Origin: Neolecta irregularis DAH-3
Lineage: Eukaryota
NCBI GenBank assembly: GCA_001929475.1
Contig: LXFE01004415.1
Span: 1 to 37,882, forward strand
DNA: 37,882 nucleotides
Direction of reading: 5' to 3'
Shown: piece after piece, positions 37,808-37,882 of the stretch
How positions within the stretch are numbered: the stretch's first letter is position 1
How the letters are laid out: each line of letters begins with the position of its first letter
Notes under the pieces: model-generated
Databases searched by the model: none
What the model was told of the DNA's origin: nothing
Seen by the model: the letters and a program-made list of their open reading frames with translations, nothing else
Program-made: the position numbers and the translations under genes

Positions 37808-37882
37808 TCAGCGCTCTGCCTGCTCTGGCGCCGCCGCCGCCGCCGCCGCCGCCCACCACCACGACGTGGCGCGGCGTGGCGG
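37808..37882 (-). other. (GCC)n tract, possibly the 3' end of a minus-strand gene entering from outside the window
   Basis: Minus frame reads PPRRATSWWW-polyAla-PEQAER-stop; only 25 codons are visible. Confidence 0.3.

Noticed and set aside
1-37882. CRISPR arrays, rRNA or tRNA genes
   Set aside because: None recognised by eye in this eukaryotic protein-coding region; a covariance-model scan was not possible.

Overview
Gene-dense, intron-rich fungal nuclear DNA. The protein set and very short introns suggest an early-diverging ascomycete (Taphrinomycotina, possibly Neolecta-like); the organism call is an inference. Splicing by hand gives 16 apparently complete genes: ESS2/DGCR14, two UCH37-family deubiquitinases, SKP1, SMP3/PIGZ, an SRA-like/Cys-rich/AlkB fusion, VPS18, STE11/byr2, a GH20 hexosaminidase, YAK1, REC114/rec7, eIF3c/NIP1, an intronless F-box gene, RAD26/CSB, a conserved fungal membrane protein and MGM101. 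There are also probable transposon relics at the left edge and a purine-rich repeat around an N gap at the right edge. The most unusual signal is splicing. About 79 inferred introns are mostly 32-45 nt with highly degenerate donors. Three need GC donors, and two (eIF3c, STE11) appear to need the same non-canonical GA-AG donor, AG|GAAAGT. A candidate poison cassette exon lies inside the one long SKP1 intron. All exon structures are inferred from reading frame and protein motifs, not from transcript data.
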